This document shows, in pieces, positions 13,401 to 23,980 of a stretch of 64,000 bases of DNA. How positions within the stretch are numbered: the stretch's first letter is position 1; every line of letters begins with the position of its first letter. The DNA comes from Eledone cirrhosa. Its lineage: Eukaryota. The stretch covers positions 79,484,001 through 79,548,000 of the forward strand of contig OZ024744.1 of assembly GCA_964016885.1 (NCBI GenBank), written 5' to 3'. The notes under the pieces are model-generated. The model saw only the letters and a program-made list of their open reading frames with translations. It was not told the origin of the DNA and made no database searches. Position numbers and translations under genes: made by a program.

Positions 13401-14546
13401 TTGTTTTAACTTGTAAAAGGTGAGGAAAAGTTAAGTTTAATTACGTAAAACACACACACTCTCTCTTTCTCTCTACTTAATTCCTTCTCTTGTCTTCTTT
13501 CCCACTAGCCATAAAGACAATAAAATGTATGACCAGTTATGAATGGACACTGCCCTTTCCGCCTCTGACTAAAATCTAAAAAAAAAAAAAAGAACATGAG
13601 TGAAAGAGAGTAAAATAGAAAAAAAAAGAGTAAAATAGAGTGAGAGACTTTATGAAACTGACTTTGTTCTTAACACATTTCATAAAGTTAAGATAGATTT
13701 AGAGTTCAGTAGGTCAATTTGTGAAAGGTTACAAAGATGTGTCTTCGTTTTCCTTTCCATGAGTTAACATGCAGCTGGTCCTTTCTATAACTTTGGTGTC
13801 AATTCTCAGTCATAAATTTATTGGTCTATGTAAAAATATGGTATCAGCAGTGGTGGATTGGCAGTTTCGGTAGAGCGTCAAACACCATGCTTTGCAGCAT
13901 AGTTACGACCCTTTACGGTCTGAGTTAAAATCCCGCTGAGGTTAACTTTGCCTTTCATCCTTACGGGGTCCATAAAATAAAGGACCAGTAATGTACTGGG
14001 ATAATTTATGGCCTTGTGCCAAAAGTAGAAACATTTATTAAAGTTATATATCCACCAAATAATTTTTTATTCTATTCATATACAATTGGTCTATGTTTTA
14101 ATGGGTTTTTTTTTGTTAGACTGCAAGAGGTAATATTAATGGGTAGGTTAGTATTGGTATCCATTTTCTTGTTGCCTATTTTTCTATTGATATTGCTGCT
14201 GGTGTTGCTATTGATATTGCTGCTGATTTTCCTATTGATATTGCTGCTGATGTTGTTGCTGAGGTACAATGTCTAACTGTTCAGTGAAAATAGGTATGTG
14301 AATAGGTGATAATGTATGATTGATCAGTGGGGTGGAAACTAGGTGGTGTATGTCGGGGATCTCAAATATGTGGCCCACAAACTACTTTTTTATGACCCGA
14401 AACAGAACAATTTTTGTGAATAATATTTTCCCTAAAACTTGGTCTTTTGCCCCTTCCATACTCTTGCATGTAATTTGTTTCTTGATTTGGGTTTTAAAAA
14501 ATATATTCTAAAAAATTTTTGTTGAAGATATTGGCTATTTCTTTAA

Positions 14547-14761
14547 CCCTTTATCATTTACCATACATGACTCTATATATATACTATTGTATTTTCATGG
14601 TAAAGGCTTTATCTCACATAATATCGAATCTGTGAGATTATGATATTATTTATTTTGAGAACAATACCTTAATATCAGTATGGGTGGCCGGTTATGGCTG
14701 GTTTAAACAGAAAAAGGTGAGATAATTCTGGCCATTTAGAGAGGGTTTAAATGCTAAAGGG
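14547..14761. mobile_element. piggyBac-like MITE
   Basis: TTAA|CCCTTTA.CATTTA ... TAAATGCTAAAGGG|TTAA; relatives at about 1160-1362, 15248-15642 (SINE inserted), 28243-28457, 46722-46800. Confidence 0.7.
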
Positions 14762-15842
14762 TTAAACTTTGAATTTTGCTTTTATTTTCTGTGTTTTAAT
14801 ATTTATAGTATAAATTATTGCAATTTTCCTATAAAATATGATAAAATGTAAACAATGGAATTTAACAAAAGTAAAAATGGAATTAAGGCAAGTTTTTCCC
14901 CTTACATTTTGTACTGATTCACATATGACTTACTGTCATATGTGTATTCATATGATGCAAATAAAACAAAACACAGCAGCCTATCAGCTGTATTATATAT
15001 TAACATTGTATTTGGTGGAAATCACACAGATCCCCTCATGTCACTTTTTGCCAGCTATGCCTCTTGCCTCTTCCAGAATGTAATTGCCCTTTTTGAGTCC
15101 TTGAGTTTGAGAGACCTGGTGTATTAAGTGTCAATATTTCATGCTTTTTGACTGTCAACTTTGCTTTGATTTGACTTGTCAACTTTGTTTTTGACTAGTC
15201 CTTAGCCTGAAGGAGAGGCAGAAAATTGACAATCTTTTGAGCATTAACCCTTTACTATTTAAACCAGCCATATCAGGCCAGAATTCTCTCATCTCTTTTT
15301 GCTCAAACAGGCTATAACTGGCCACTCATACTTATGTTAAGGTATTGTTCTCAAAATAAATAACAATTGTTTCTACTTTTGGCACAAGGCCAGCAATTAT
15401 CTCAGTGCATTATTGCTGCTTTATGAACCCTGTAAGGATGAAAAGCAAACTTAACCCTGGCAGGTTTTGAACTGAGAACGTAACGGGCCATAACTCTATG
15501 TTGCAAAGCATGGTGTCTGATTCTCTACCGATACTGCCAATCCACCACCATAGATTTGATTTAATGTGAGATAATTATGTGAATTAAAACCTTTACTGTG
15601 AAAATACAATAGTATATATAGAGTAATGGAAATGTTAAAGGGTTATTCACGGGATGTTCATTTCTTCTGGTTCTTTACATTCTGAGTTCATATCTCACTC
15701 AAGTCAACTTTGCTTTCAAGGGTTGATAATGATAAAGTAAAGTACCAGTTCTAATGCAGAGAGGCGAATTGGAGGAATTGTTAGAGATTTGGACAACATT
15801 TTTTGAGGTATTATCTATTCTAGCTCTTTATAATACGATAAA

Positions 15843-15930
15843 ATATCTGAGGACCTTGCGAGTGCAGAGTCAGGTTCGATCTGTAATAGATCCTGTATTG
15901 AGCTCATCGTCGGAGAAACATATGTAATAT
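15843..15930 (+). ncRNA. Type I hammerhead with 61 nt stem II
   Basis: ATAT-CTGAGGA-[61 nt including GATCT/AGATC hairpin]-GAAA-CATATG-TA-ATAT, AATAAA at 15934. Confidence 0.65.
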
Positions 15931-16437
15931 GTCAATAAATTGTGTTTTAATGCATCACTGATTCCTCGTTATCTATAATAATATACTCTACTCCACGTGA
16001 GATTCGAGTGCTCAAATGGCATTTATTGCAACCTTACAACAAACATGGCTTAGTGGTTAGAGCATTGGCCTTGCAATCGAAAGGTTGTGAGTTCAATTCT
16101 CATTTCGGGTGATGTGTTGTTTCCTTGAGCAAGACACTTTATTTCACATTGCTCCAGTTTACTCAGCTGTAGAAATGAGATGATAGGGACTGGGTTCCCT
16201 ATCATTCCACTGCAAAGTGGTCGTGGAGGTGCCACGGCAAAAAAGCACCCAGTACTCACTGTAAATGAGGTTGGTGTTAGGAAGGGCATCCAGCTGTAGA
16301 AATCAAGCCAGAATCAGTTCCGGTCCCACCCTTGCAAGCAGGGAAAAGTGGACGTAAAATGAAATGATGATATATATATATATATAAAAGAAATGAATAC
16401 AAAGGAGTATATACCGTTAAAACATGTTTATATAACA

Positions 16438-16482
16438 ATGCACCTATGTACATTTTGCCCAGAACGGGCTTATCAAGGGCAT
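16438..16482 (-). ncRNA. Minimal type I hammerhead, U3:A8 core variant
   Basis: ATGCCC-TTGATAA-GCCC(gttct)GGGC-AAAA-TGTACA-TA-GGTGCAT; G12 is lost here, but the inverted copy at 17378 has GAAA-CATATG-TA-GGTGCAT. Confidence 0.65.
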
Positions 16483-16830
16483 AGAAAACAAAAAAATGAA
16501 AAAATGATCAGTACGCGACCCAGGAGGGGTTTTAGGTTAAATTCACATCAGAGTTCATTCTTCACTTAAGTACATGTGTTGTTATTACCGCAAAGCAGGG
16601 GGAGTAACTCTGGCCGGTGCTCGAATAATCTTGTCCCACTGGCTTTTTTACCCATTCACATGGTGGTGTTTTGCGTTATTATTTTATGGGTGCTTTTTAC
16701 TAATGCTGGTTCGAACCAGGTCTGGGATGTACATTTAGTTCACAGATGTTTGTTTACACCACCTGCCCACCAGAGTGTTATGATTTGGGCAGGGGGACCC
16801 AGTTTATAGTTTTCATGCTGCAGTCGCTTC

Positions 16831-17370
16831 CTACCCGAAGTAAGACGCTTGCATTCGGTGCCTACAGTTTATGACTGATTCGGCTCTGCTGTTTATGAGC
16901 TCGTGGGGTGTTCTTATGATGTAGTAAAGCTCCATGAGGCAAAGCTGGCACTTCCTCTTGAAATTGTAGGGTGCAGCTATAGCGACAATATCCCAGTGTG
17001 TGGAGAAGCTGATGTTGGTGTCTTTTAATGTAGTGACGTAATTGGCAAGTGACTTAGAGTGCCTTAGTTTTTTGTTCCTGAAAGAGTGGAGATGTGTTCT
17101 AAATCTCGTTTTGAACTGGCCAGAGGTGGCCCCTATATAGTGTTTAACTCCATTATGGCTAGTTATGGTGCACCTATAAATAACCTTATCAGTCAGGCAG
17201 TTTCCCCTGAGAGGGCAGCCTCCCCTGTCACGACATTTGCATTTTCTGTCACGGTCGCTCCTAGTTCCTGAAGTAAAGCTATTACTATTGCTACCTATGT
17301 TGTTATCTATGTCTCTATCTCGGTCATTGGTACTGTTATATCTCGAGGTGTGCGGTGTAGTACCATTATC
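16831..17370 (-). pseudogene. GIY-YIG endonuclease domain of Penelope-like element (open but 5'-truncated)
   Basis: CKCRDRGGC (CxCx5C), VIY..HYIG..FKTRF.TH..SF, CQLCLME, INSR.E....CRH. Confidence 0.85.
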
Positions 17371-17691
17371 CCTGGGGGAAACATATGTAGGTGCATTGTT
17401 ATATAAACATGTTTTAACGGTATATACTCCTTCGTATTCATTTCTTTTATAATTACTCTGCTTATTTTCTCGCCCACTAGATATTAACGTTTCTAATATT
17501 AAACCCTGTAGGCACAAGTATTGAGCACATTTGCACAAACTATTGGCAACTAAATATATGTATCGCTTATCTTTCTTTTTTTCTCTCTCTCGATACTTAA
17601 ACATTCTATATATATATATATATATATGTATATGTATGTGTGTGTGTGTGTATATATATAGTAGTGAAAGAATGAAGTTTTATTTACAGTA

Positions 17692-17733
<42 letters not shown>

Positions 17734-17910
17734 GAGATATCCACGGTAAGTTGTGGGGTCTAGTCTGCATGAAGAACTCAATGTAATCCATATGTTGAAA
17801 ATGTCGTAGGTTAAAATAAATCCCAGAAAACAATAAAATATCAAAAGGAAAACAGAGTCATGATATAAGTTAAAACAATGAAATAAAAATTCAAGTCATT
17901 AGGAATATAC

Positions 17911-18056
17911 TTCACTGCTTTACGATCGTTTCTAGGTGATAATAATACATCGTACGCATATTTCGTTATCGATCTATGTAAGGTTAGTTACAAAATATCA
18001 AATAAGGAATATATTTACCTACGTGTATATCGTCAGCCGTTGTCAAAAGCAATGAA
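17911..18056 (-). ncRNA. Type I hammerhead with 107 nt stem II, U3:A8 core
   Basis: TTCATTGCTT-TTGACAA-[107 nt imperfect hairpin]-GAAA-CGATCG-TA-AAGCAGTGAA. Confidence 0.65.
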
Positions 18057-18279
18057 AATTTTATTCAAAATCAATAGTAAATTGAGTTCTATGACCTTAT
18101 TTGGAGAGGTAGCTGAAGAACAAACCAATCAAATGGTTTTTTGTCATATGATGTTAAGACGAAATATAATTCACTTATATATTGTTGTACGGTTGCAATA
18201 AATGCCGTTTGAGCACTTGAATCTCACGGGGAGCAGAGTATATTATTATAGATAATGAGTAATCAATGATGCATTACTA

Positions 18280-18555
18280 GTGGTGATGGTGGTTGTGGTG
18301 GTATGTGGTGAAGGTGGGGGTATGTGGTGGTGGCAGTGGTGGTGCACCATTACCACCACCACATGCCTCCACCTCCACCACATACCACCACCTCCACCAC
18401 ATACCACCACAACCACTGCCACCATTCCCACCACCACCCCAACCACTTGGCCACCATTACCATCACCACCACCACCCCAACCACTTGGTCACCATTACCA
18501 TCACCACCACCCCAACCACTGCCACCATCACCATCACCACCAACCACCACCACTA
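18280..18555. repeat. (TGG)n/(CCA)n low-complexity repeat with strand flip
   Basis: G-rich to C-rich switch at GTGCAC, about 18342-18347. Confidence 0.9.
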
Positions 18556-19317
18556 ATGCTGTGTAGTTGTAGATACTTGACCATCTGAGCTGACAGAGAA
18601 AGAAATCTATCTAGTCAATTGGTTTAATTCACCAAAACCATGAGATTATTGTCATTCTTATGGAAAATAAAAACATTATTAAATGGGTAGTGGATTGGCA
18701 GTATCAGTACTGCTTCAGCAAGAGGAGCCACCCCCAATAATTATATATATTTTTCTTCCCAAACTACCAAAACACAAATCTATTTGTATATGCACTACAA
18801 TTTATGTACATGTTATGTTTATTGAATATTGAGGTTTTCTGACCATTTTAGAGTGCTAAGAGCTAAACTAATCACTACAACTAAATTGACCAAAATTGTC
18901 ACCCCCAACCTCCAATACAGAAATGCTTCAACTGTCCCTCAAGATAGTTAAAAGTTTGTGTTGTTCAATCTTTTTGTAGTCTTTTTGTATTGCCATTACG
19001 GAAGTAGAGTGCAGGAGATTGGCAAAGTTGTTAGAATATCAAACAAATGTTTTACAGTATTTGTTCCAGCTCTTTACATTCTCAGTTCAAATCCCACCGA
19101 AGTTAACTATGCTTATCATACTTTTGGGAGTACTAGTTAAATACTGGTGTCAGTATAATCAACTTTCCCACTGCTCTCCAATTGCTGACCTTGATTAGGA
19201 ACTGTTACTATGGCAGTGATTTGTCAATAGTTAGAATGTCAAACTAAAATACCTTGCAGTATTTGTTCTGGCTGTTTACATTATGAGTTCAAATCGTGCC
19301 AGATTTATATCATTATC

Positions 19318-19880
19318 ATTATCATCATCATCATCATTTAACGTCCATCTTCCATACTAAGCTGGACTGGTTTGTCCCACTTGAGACTGCATCGCGCTCG
19401 TACAGAACTGTTTCTGGCAGGTTTTCTACAGCTGGATGCCCTTCCTAACACCAACCACATTTACAGTGTGGATTGGGAGCCTTTTTATCATGTCTCCTAC
19501 ATAACCACTTTACAGTATGGATTGGGTGCTTTTTGTCATGTCACCTACACAACCACTTTACAGTGGATGGAAATGTGAGGATGAGGTAGGGTGTATATTG
19601 GGTTAAGAGGTGCCTACTGACTGTAGGTTTAAGTTTGTATCTCGATCCAGTGACATTGTCAGTGAGCAAGGTCAGTTTTTATCACCTTGTCCCAGGTTTT
19701 TCTTGGTCTACCCACTCCGTAGCTTCCATCAATTTTGATCGCTCTGCACTTTTTTTATACAGCTGTTGTCCTTCATATGCATCACGTGGCCATACCAACA
19801 CAATCTCCTCTCCTGCACACAACATTTGATATCTCTTATGCTTAGTCTCTCTCTCAATTCGTTTATGCTTTGCCATTCAC
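19318..19880 (-). mobile_element. RTE LINE 3' fragment
   Basis: RRLCWYGHVMHMKDNSCIKK..GRPRKTW plus 3' UTR and (GAT)n tail. Confidence 0.8.
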
Positions 19881-20327
19881 GTACACACACACACATGTAT
19901 ATATATAGCGTTAGGAAGGGCATCAAGCTGTAGAAATCTAGCCAGAAATCTAGCAAGACACGGTCACCTGACCCAACTAGCCTCTGGGATAACCTGTCTG
20001 ACTCATGCTAGCATGGAATTTGGACGTTAAACAATAATGATGATGATATATATATATATATGTGTGTGTGTATATATATATATAATTTCAATCCCTATTA
20101 TATATATATATAATAGGGATTGAAATTATATATATATATATATATACACAAAATATCTACCAAAATATACGGTAGTGTCCAATCCGTATGAAGAACTCAA
20201 TGTAATTCCAATATAGAAGATATCATAAAAAGAGAAGATGCATTAAAAAATTTACGATAAAAGTCATAGGAAAACAGAGTCGAGATAAATTAATAAAAAC
20301 AAAGAACAAGTTCCTTATATCAAAAAA

Positions 20328-20468
20328 TTCATCATTTTACGATCGTTTCTGGGATGTATATGTGTGTTGGTATGTATATGATGTTTAAGATCTATGTAAA
20401 AATATTACAAATTATCAGAGAAAATATACACACCCTCACATATACATGCCGTCCTCAGAAATGATGAA
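20328..20468 (-). ncRNA. Type I hammerhead with 102 nt stem II, canonical core
   Basis: TTCATCATTT-CTGAGGA-[102 nt; ATGTATATGTG/CACATATACAT 11 bp plus further pairing]-GAAA-CGATCG-TA-AAATGATGAA; perfect 10 bp stem I. Confidence 0.75.
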
Positions 20469-20713
20469 ATGCGTTTATTGAAAAAAACATATTTTCTCTG
20501 ATAATTTGTAATATTTTTACATAGATCTTGAACATGATATACATACCAACACACATATACATCCCAGAAACGATCGTAAAATGATGAATATATATATATA
20601 TATAGATATATATAGATATCAATCATTATTATCGTTTTTATGGCTGTTTCCACACTTGCTTGGTTTGGACATATACATACATACATATTTCATTTTCTTA
20701 TAGCATTTTAAGA

Positions 20714-20800
20714 GGGTCCGTCGAGCTGCGGATTATTGAGTCGGGTAGGATCGATATAGATCGACCCTTGAGCTGATCAGTGGTGAAACGCACGTCACCT
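20714..20800 (+). ncRNA. Degenerate hammerhead with 60 nt stem II
   Basis: GGGT-CCGTCGA-[60 nt similar to 15854-15914]-GAAA-CGCACG-TC-ACCT, AATAAA at 20804. Confidence 0.5.
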
Positions 20801-20875
20801 ATCAATAAATGCAATGAAGGAATAATCAATCGTCCTTTTTATTCTTTCTATATATATATATATATATATATATAT

Positions 20876-20945
20876 GGTGACCCTGTGATAAACAGGTGAA
20901 ACTAAACTCCAGAGTAACAAGACTCACTATTTAGCCTTAATAAAA

Positions 20946-21010
<65 letters not shown>

Positions 21011-21078
21011 TGACCCTGTGATAAACAGGTGAAACTAAACTCCAGAGTAACAAGACTCACTATTTAGCCTTAATAAAA

Positions 21079-21113
<35 letters not shown>

Positions 21114-21181
21114 TGACCCTGTGATAAACAGGTGAAACTAAACTCCAGAGTAACAAGACTCACTATTTAGCCTTAATAAAA

Positions 21182-21242
<61 letters not shown>

Positions 21243-21310
21243 TGACCCTGTGATAAACAGGTGAAACTAAACTCCAGAGTAACAAGACTCACTATTTAGC
21301 CTTAATAAAA

Positions 21311-21355
<45 letters not shown>

Positions 21356-21423
21356 TGACCCTGTGATAAACAGGTGAAACTAAACTCCAGAGTAACAAGA
21401 CTCACTATTTAGCCTTAATAAAA

Positions 21424-21484
<61 letters not shown>

Positions 21485-21552
21485 TGACCCTGTGATAAAC
21501 AGGTGAAACTAAACTCCAGAGTAACAAGACTCACTATTTAGCCTTAATAAAA

Positions 21553-21556
<4 letters not shown>
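20876..21556 (+). repeat. Array of six identical 74 bp units separated by variable (TA)n
   Basis: Units start at 20876, 21009, 21112, 21241, 21354, 21483; spacers of 59, 29, 55, 39, 55 nt pure TA. Confidence 0.97.
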
Positions 21557-21598
<42 letters not shown>

Positions 21599-22083
21599 GA
21601 TGCAGTAAAAACCTGTTTAGACCATTACTTACCAGAGTACTCAATACTTGGGGTAGTAGAGTATGGTAATATGAAAGAGTCGGGACCCCAATGGTTGAGC
21701 TCTTGGTATTTTTTGATTTTCTAAGCTATTATTTATACAAATTGACTGTAATTAGTTATTTTCTGCATTTAAGATTCCTACATTTTTTTCTTACAGTGGT
21801 TTAGTGTGGTTTTATGTGACCAGTGAAACTGTTGTCATATAGTGTAGGTAGCAGTGTTGTGTGGTATAGTGTGGATAGTATGGGTAGCAGTATAGTTCTG
21901 TTGTGTAGGCAGCAGTGTACAGAATGTTATATTATTTTAGAATAATAGGAATTGTTTGGTAAACAATAAATATTTGTTGTAGAAAATAAATGTGATGTTT
22001 TGAAAGCTTTATAAAATGAAACACTGCATCTTAATTTAAATGTCATATTTAAAAATGTGATGCACTATATTGTTATATATATA

Positions 22084-22679
22084 TACTAGCTGAATTACCC
22101 ATGCCTTGCTGCATTTCACACATTTTTTGTAAGAAAATGATGATTGATTTTAAATCAGTAATATAATTTATGGAGAAAAAATAAAGGGAAAATATTAAAA
22201 AATTATAGGCATTAACTAATAATTTTTGTTGTCATAATTCTAGTGATGTTTTGCCATAGATAAAATGTCTAAATTAGCCAAATTTTACTATAAAAGAGAG
22301 GTGCTTTTTTTGTTGATTTGTGTTTAATAGCAAAACCCTGTGATAATAGACATTCCAATACTCAAGTTATGGGCTTCCAAAATGTTCACTATTGGCAGTT
22401 TAACCCCCATTAGGGTGAAATTTGCTGAAATTTTGTGCATAGGCATCATATCTTGTCATTTACCTATGGTTTAAATTTCATATAAATTGAAGGGAAAAGA
22501 TTTTCAGTGGTGGTTTGTGCCCCCGGGGAACCCTTTGATTAAAATGAAATATACTTATCCAAGTACCCTGGGCAATGTAGTTTCAGAATATATATGGTTA
22601 TGGGGGTCTATCTCCAAAACCATAGGAGGAGTTCGTGAACAAACAAACAGACAGGAACTACAACTTTATATAGATATAG
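22084..22679 (+). mobile_element. Non-autonomous Helentron/HINE-like element
   Basis: 5' TACTAGC..ACCC, 3' AAACAAACAGACA..TTTATATAGAT; same architecture as 25403-26185. Confidence 0.5.
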
Positions 22680-22863
22680 TAGTAATAATAATAATAATAA
22701 TAATAAATGTGAAGACTAAAATGTTAAGAGGGCGCGATTCTTTGCTTAAACTTTAATCTGTTATTTTAATAAATATTTGCTCTGGGGTTCTTATATATTT
22801 GATATATATTTATCCTTATCGAGCCCTCTTAACATCTGTTATTTTAATAAATATTTATATATA

Positions 22864-23730
22864 GATGGAAAAAGTTCAGAGAACTTATACCGCTGTTGGC
22901 CACAAAAGGTTTCTCTCTAAAAATGAAAGGCAGATTGTATGATGCCTGTATACGAACAGCAATGCTACATGGCAGTGAGACATGGGCATTACGTGCAGAG
23001 GACCTGCACGTGCAGAGGACTGGAAAGGAACGAAACATGCATGCTCCGTTGGATGTGTAATAGTAATATACGTGAACGGCAAAGCATAAATAAACTAAGT
23101 GAGAAATTAGGAATAAGAGGGATCAGATGCTGTTTACTTGAAGACTACGTTGGTATGGTCATGTGATGCGCATGGAAGACGACAGCTGCATAAAAAAGTG
23201 CAGGGCGATCAAAGTTGATGGTAGTTACGGAGTAGGTAGACCCAGAAAAACCTGGGATGATCTGATAAATTCCGACCTCACACACTTACATCTCTCTAAG
23301 ACAATGTCACTGGACCGAGATCTTTGGCGCTACCCAGTAATACAGAAGACCCGCCTTGCCTATGTACAAAGCGAAACCTACAGTCAGTAGGCACCTCTTA
23401 ACCAAATATACACCCCAATCCACTACTCCTACTCTATCCTCCCACTCCCACCAACAGCACGAGAAAATGAGATCGAAATCGTGTAGGTGTCACGACAAAA
23501 AAACACAGTCCACACTGTAATGTGGTCGTGTAGGTAACACGGTAAAAACCTCCCAGTCCCACACTGTAAATGTGGTTGGTGTTAGGAAGGGCATCCAACC
23601 GTAGAAAACCTGCCAGATAGTCCTATATGAGCGAGACACGGTCACCCGACCAACCTTGCCTCAAGTGGGACAACTCCCGTCTAACCCATGCTAACGTGGA
23701 AAATGGACGTTAAACGATGATGATGATGAG
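22864..23730 (+). mobile_element. RTE LINE 3' fragment with complete 3' UTR
   Basis: WKKFREL.PLL..KGRLYDAC.RTAMLHGSETW..WYGHV..GRPRKTW; ends TGGAAAATGGACGTTAAACGATGATGATG. Confidence 0.85.
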
Positions 23731-23744
23731 ATTTATATATATGT

Positions 23745-23980
23745 AATCACCACTATCATCATCATCATCATTATTATAACAATCACCATCATCACCATTA
23801 TCATTATGATCATTACCATCATCATTATTGTCACCAGCACAATCATCACCACCAACAGCATCATTATCCCCATCATCATCATCAGCAGCATCACCACCAC
23901 CGCCATCAGCACCACTACCATCACCACAATTATCACCATCATCATCATCACCATTACATCATTGCCATCATCATCATCAT
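23745..23980. repeat. (ATC/ACC)n degenerate microsatellite
   Basis: Direct reading. Confidence 0.95.

Larger units (their letters stand above)
16384..17450 (-). mobile_element. Penelope-like element (Naiad-type), 5'-truncated with inverted terminal repeat
   Basis: GIY-YIG ORF; 16384-16462 is the near reverse complement of 17372-17450; hammerhead at 16438-16482. Confidence 0.85.

Noticed and set aside
16500-16560. SECIS element (some Naiad elements are reported to use selenocysteine)
   Set aside because: Minus-strand GTGA..AAA..TGAT has wrong spacing and poor pairing, and the GIY-YIG ORF has no in-frame TGA
17371-17604. N-terminal part of the 257 aa ORF as real protein
   Set aside because: Reads through the inverted terminal repeat and flank; only about 16831-17370 is element coding sequence
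18113-18176. Plus-strand hammerhead (CTGAAGA..GAAA)
   Set aside because: No adjacent stem I or convincing stem III
20876-21556. CRISPR array
   Set aside because: Repeats are 74 bp, spacers are pure (TA)n, no cas genes, eukaryotic context
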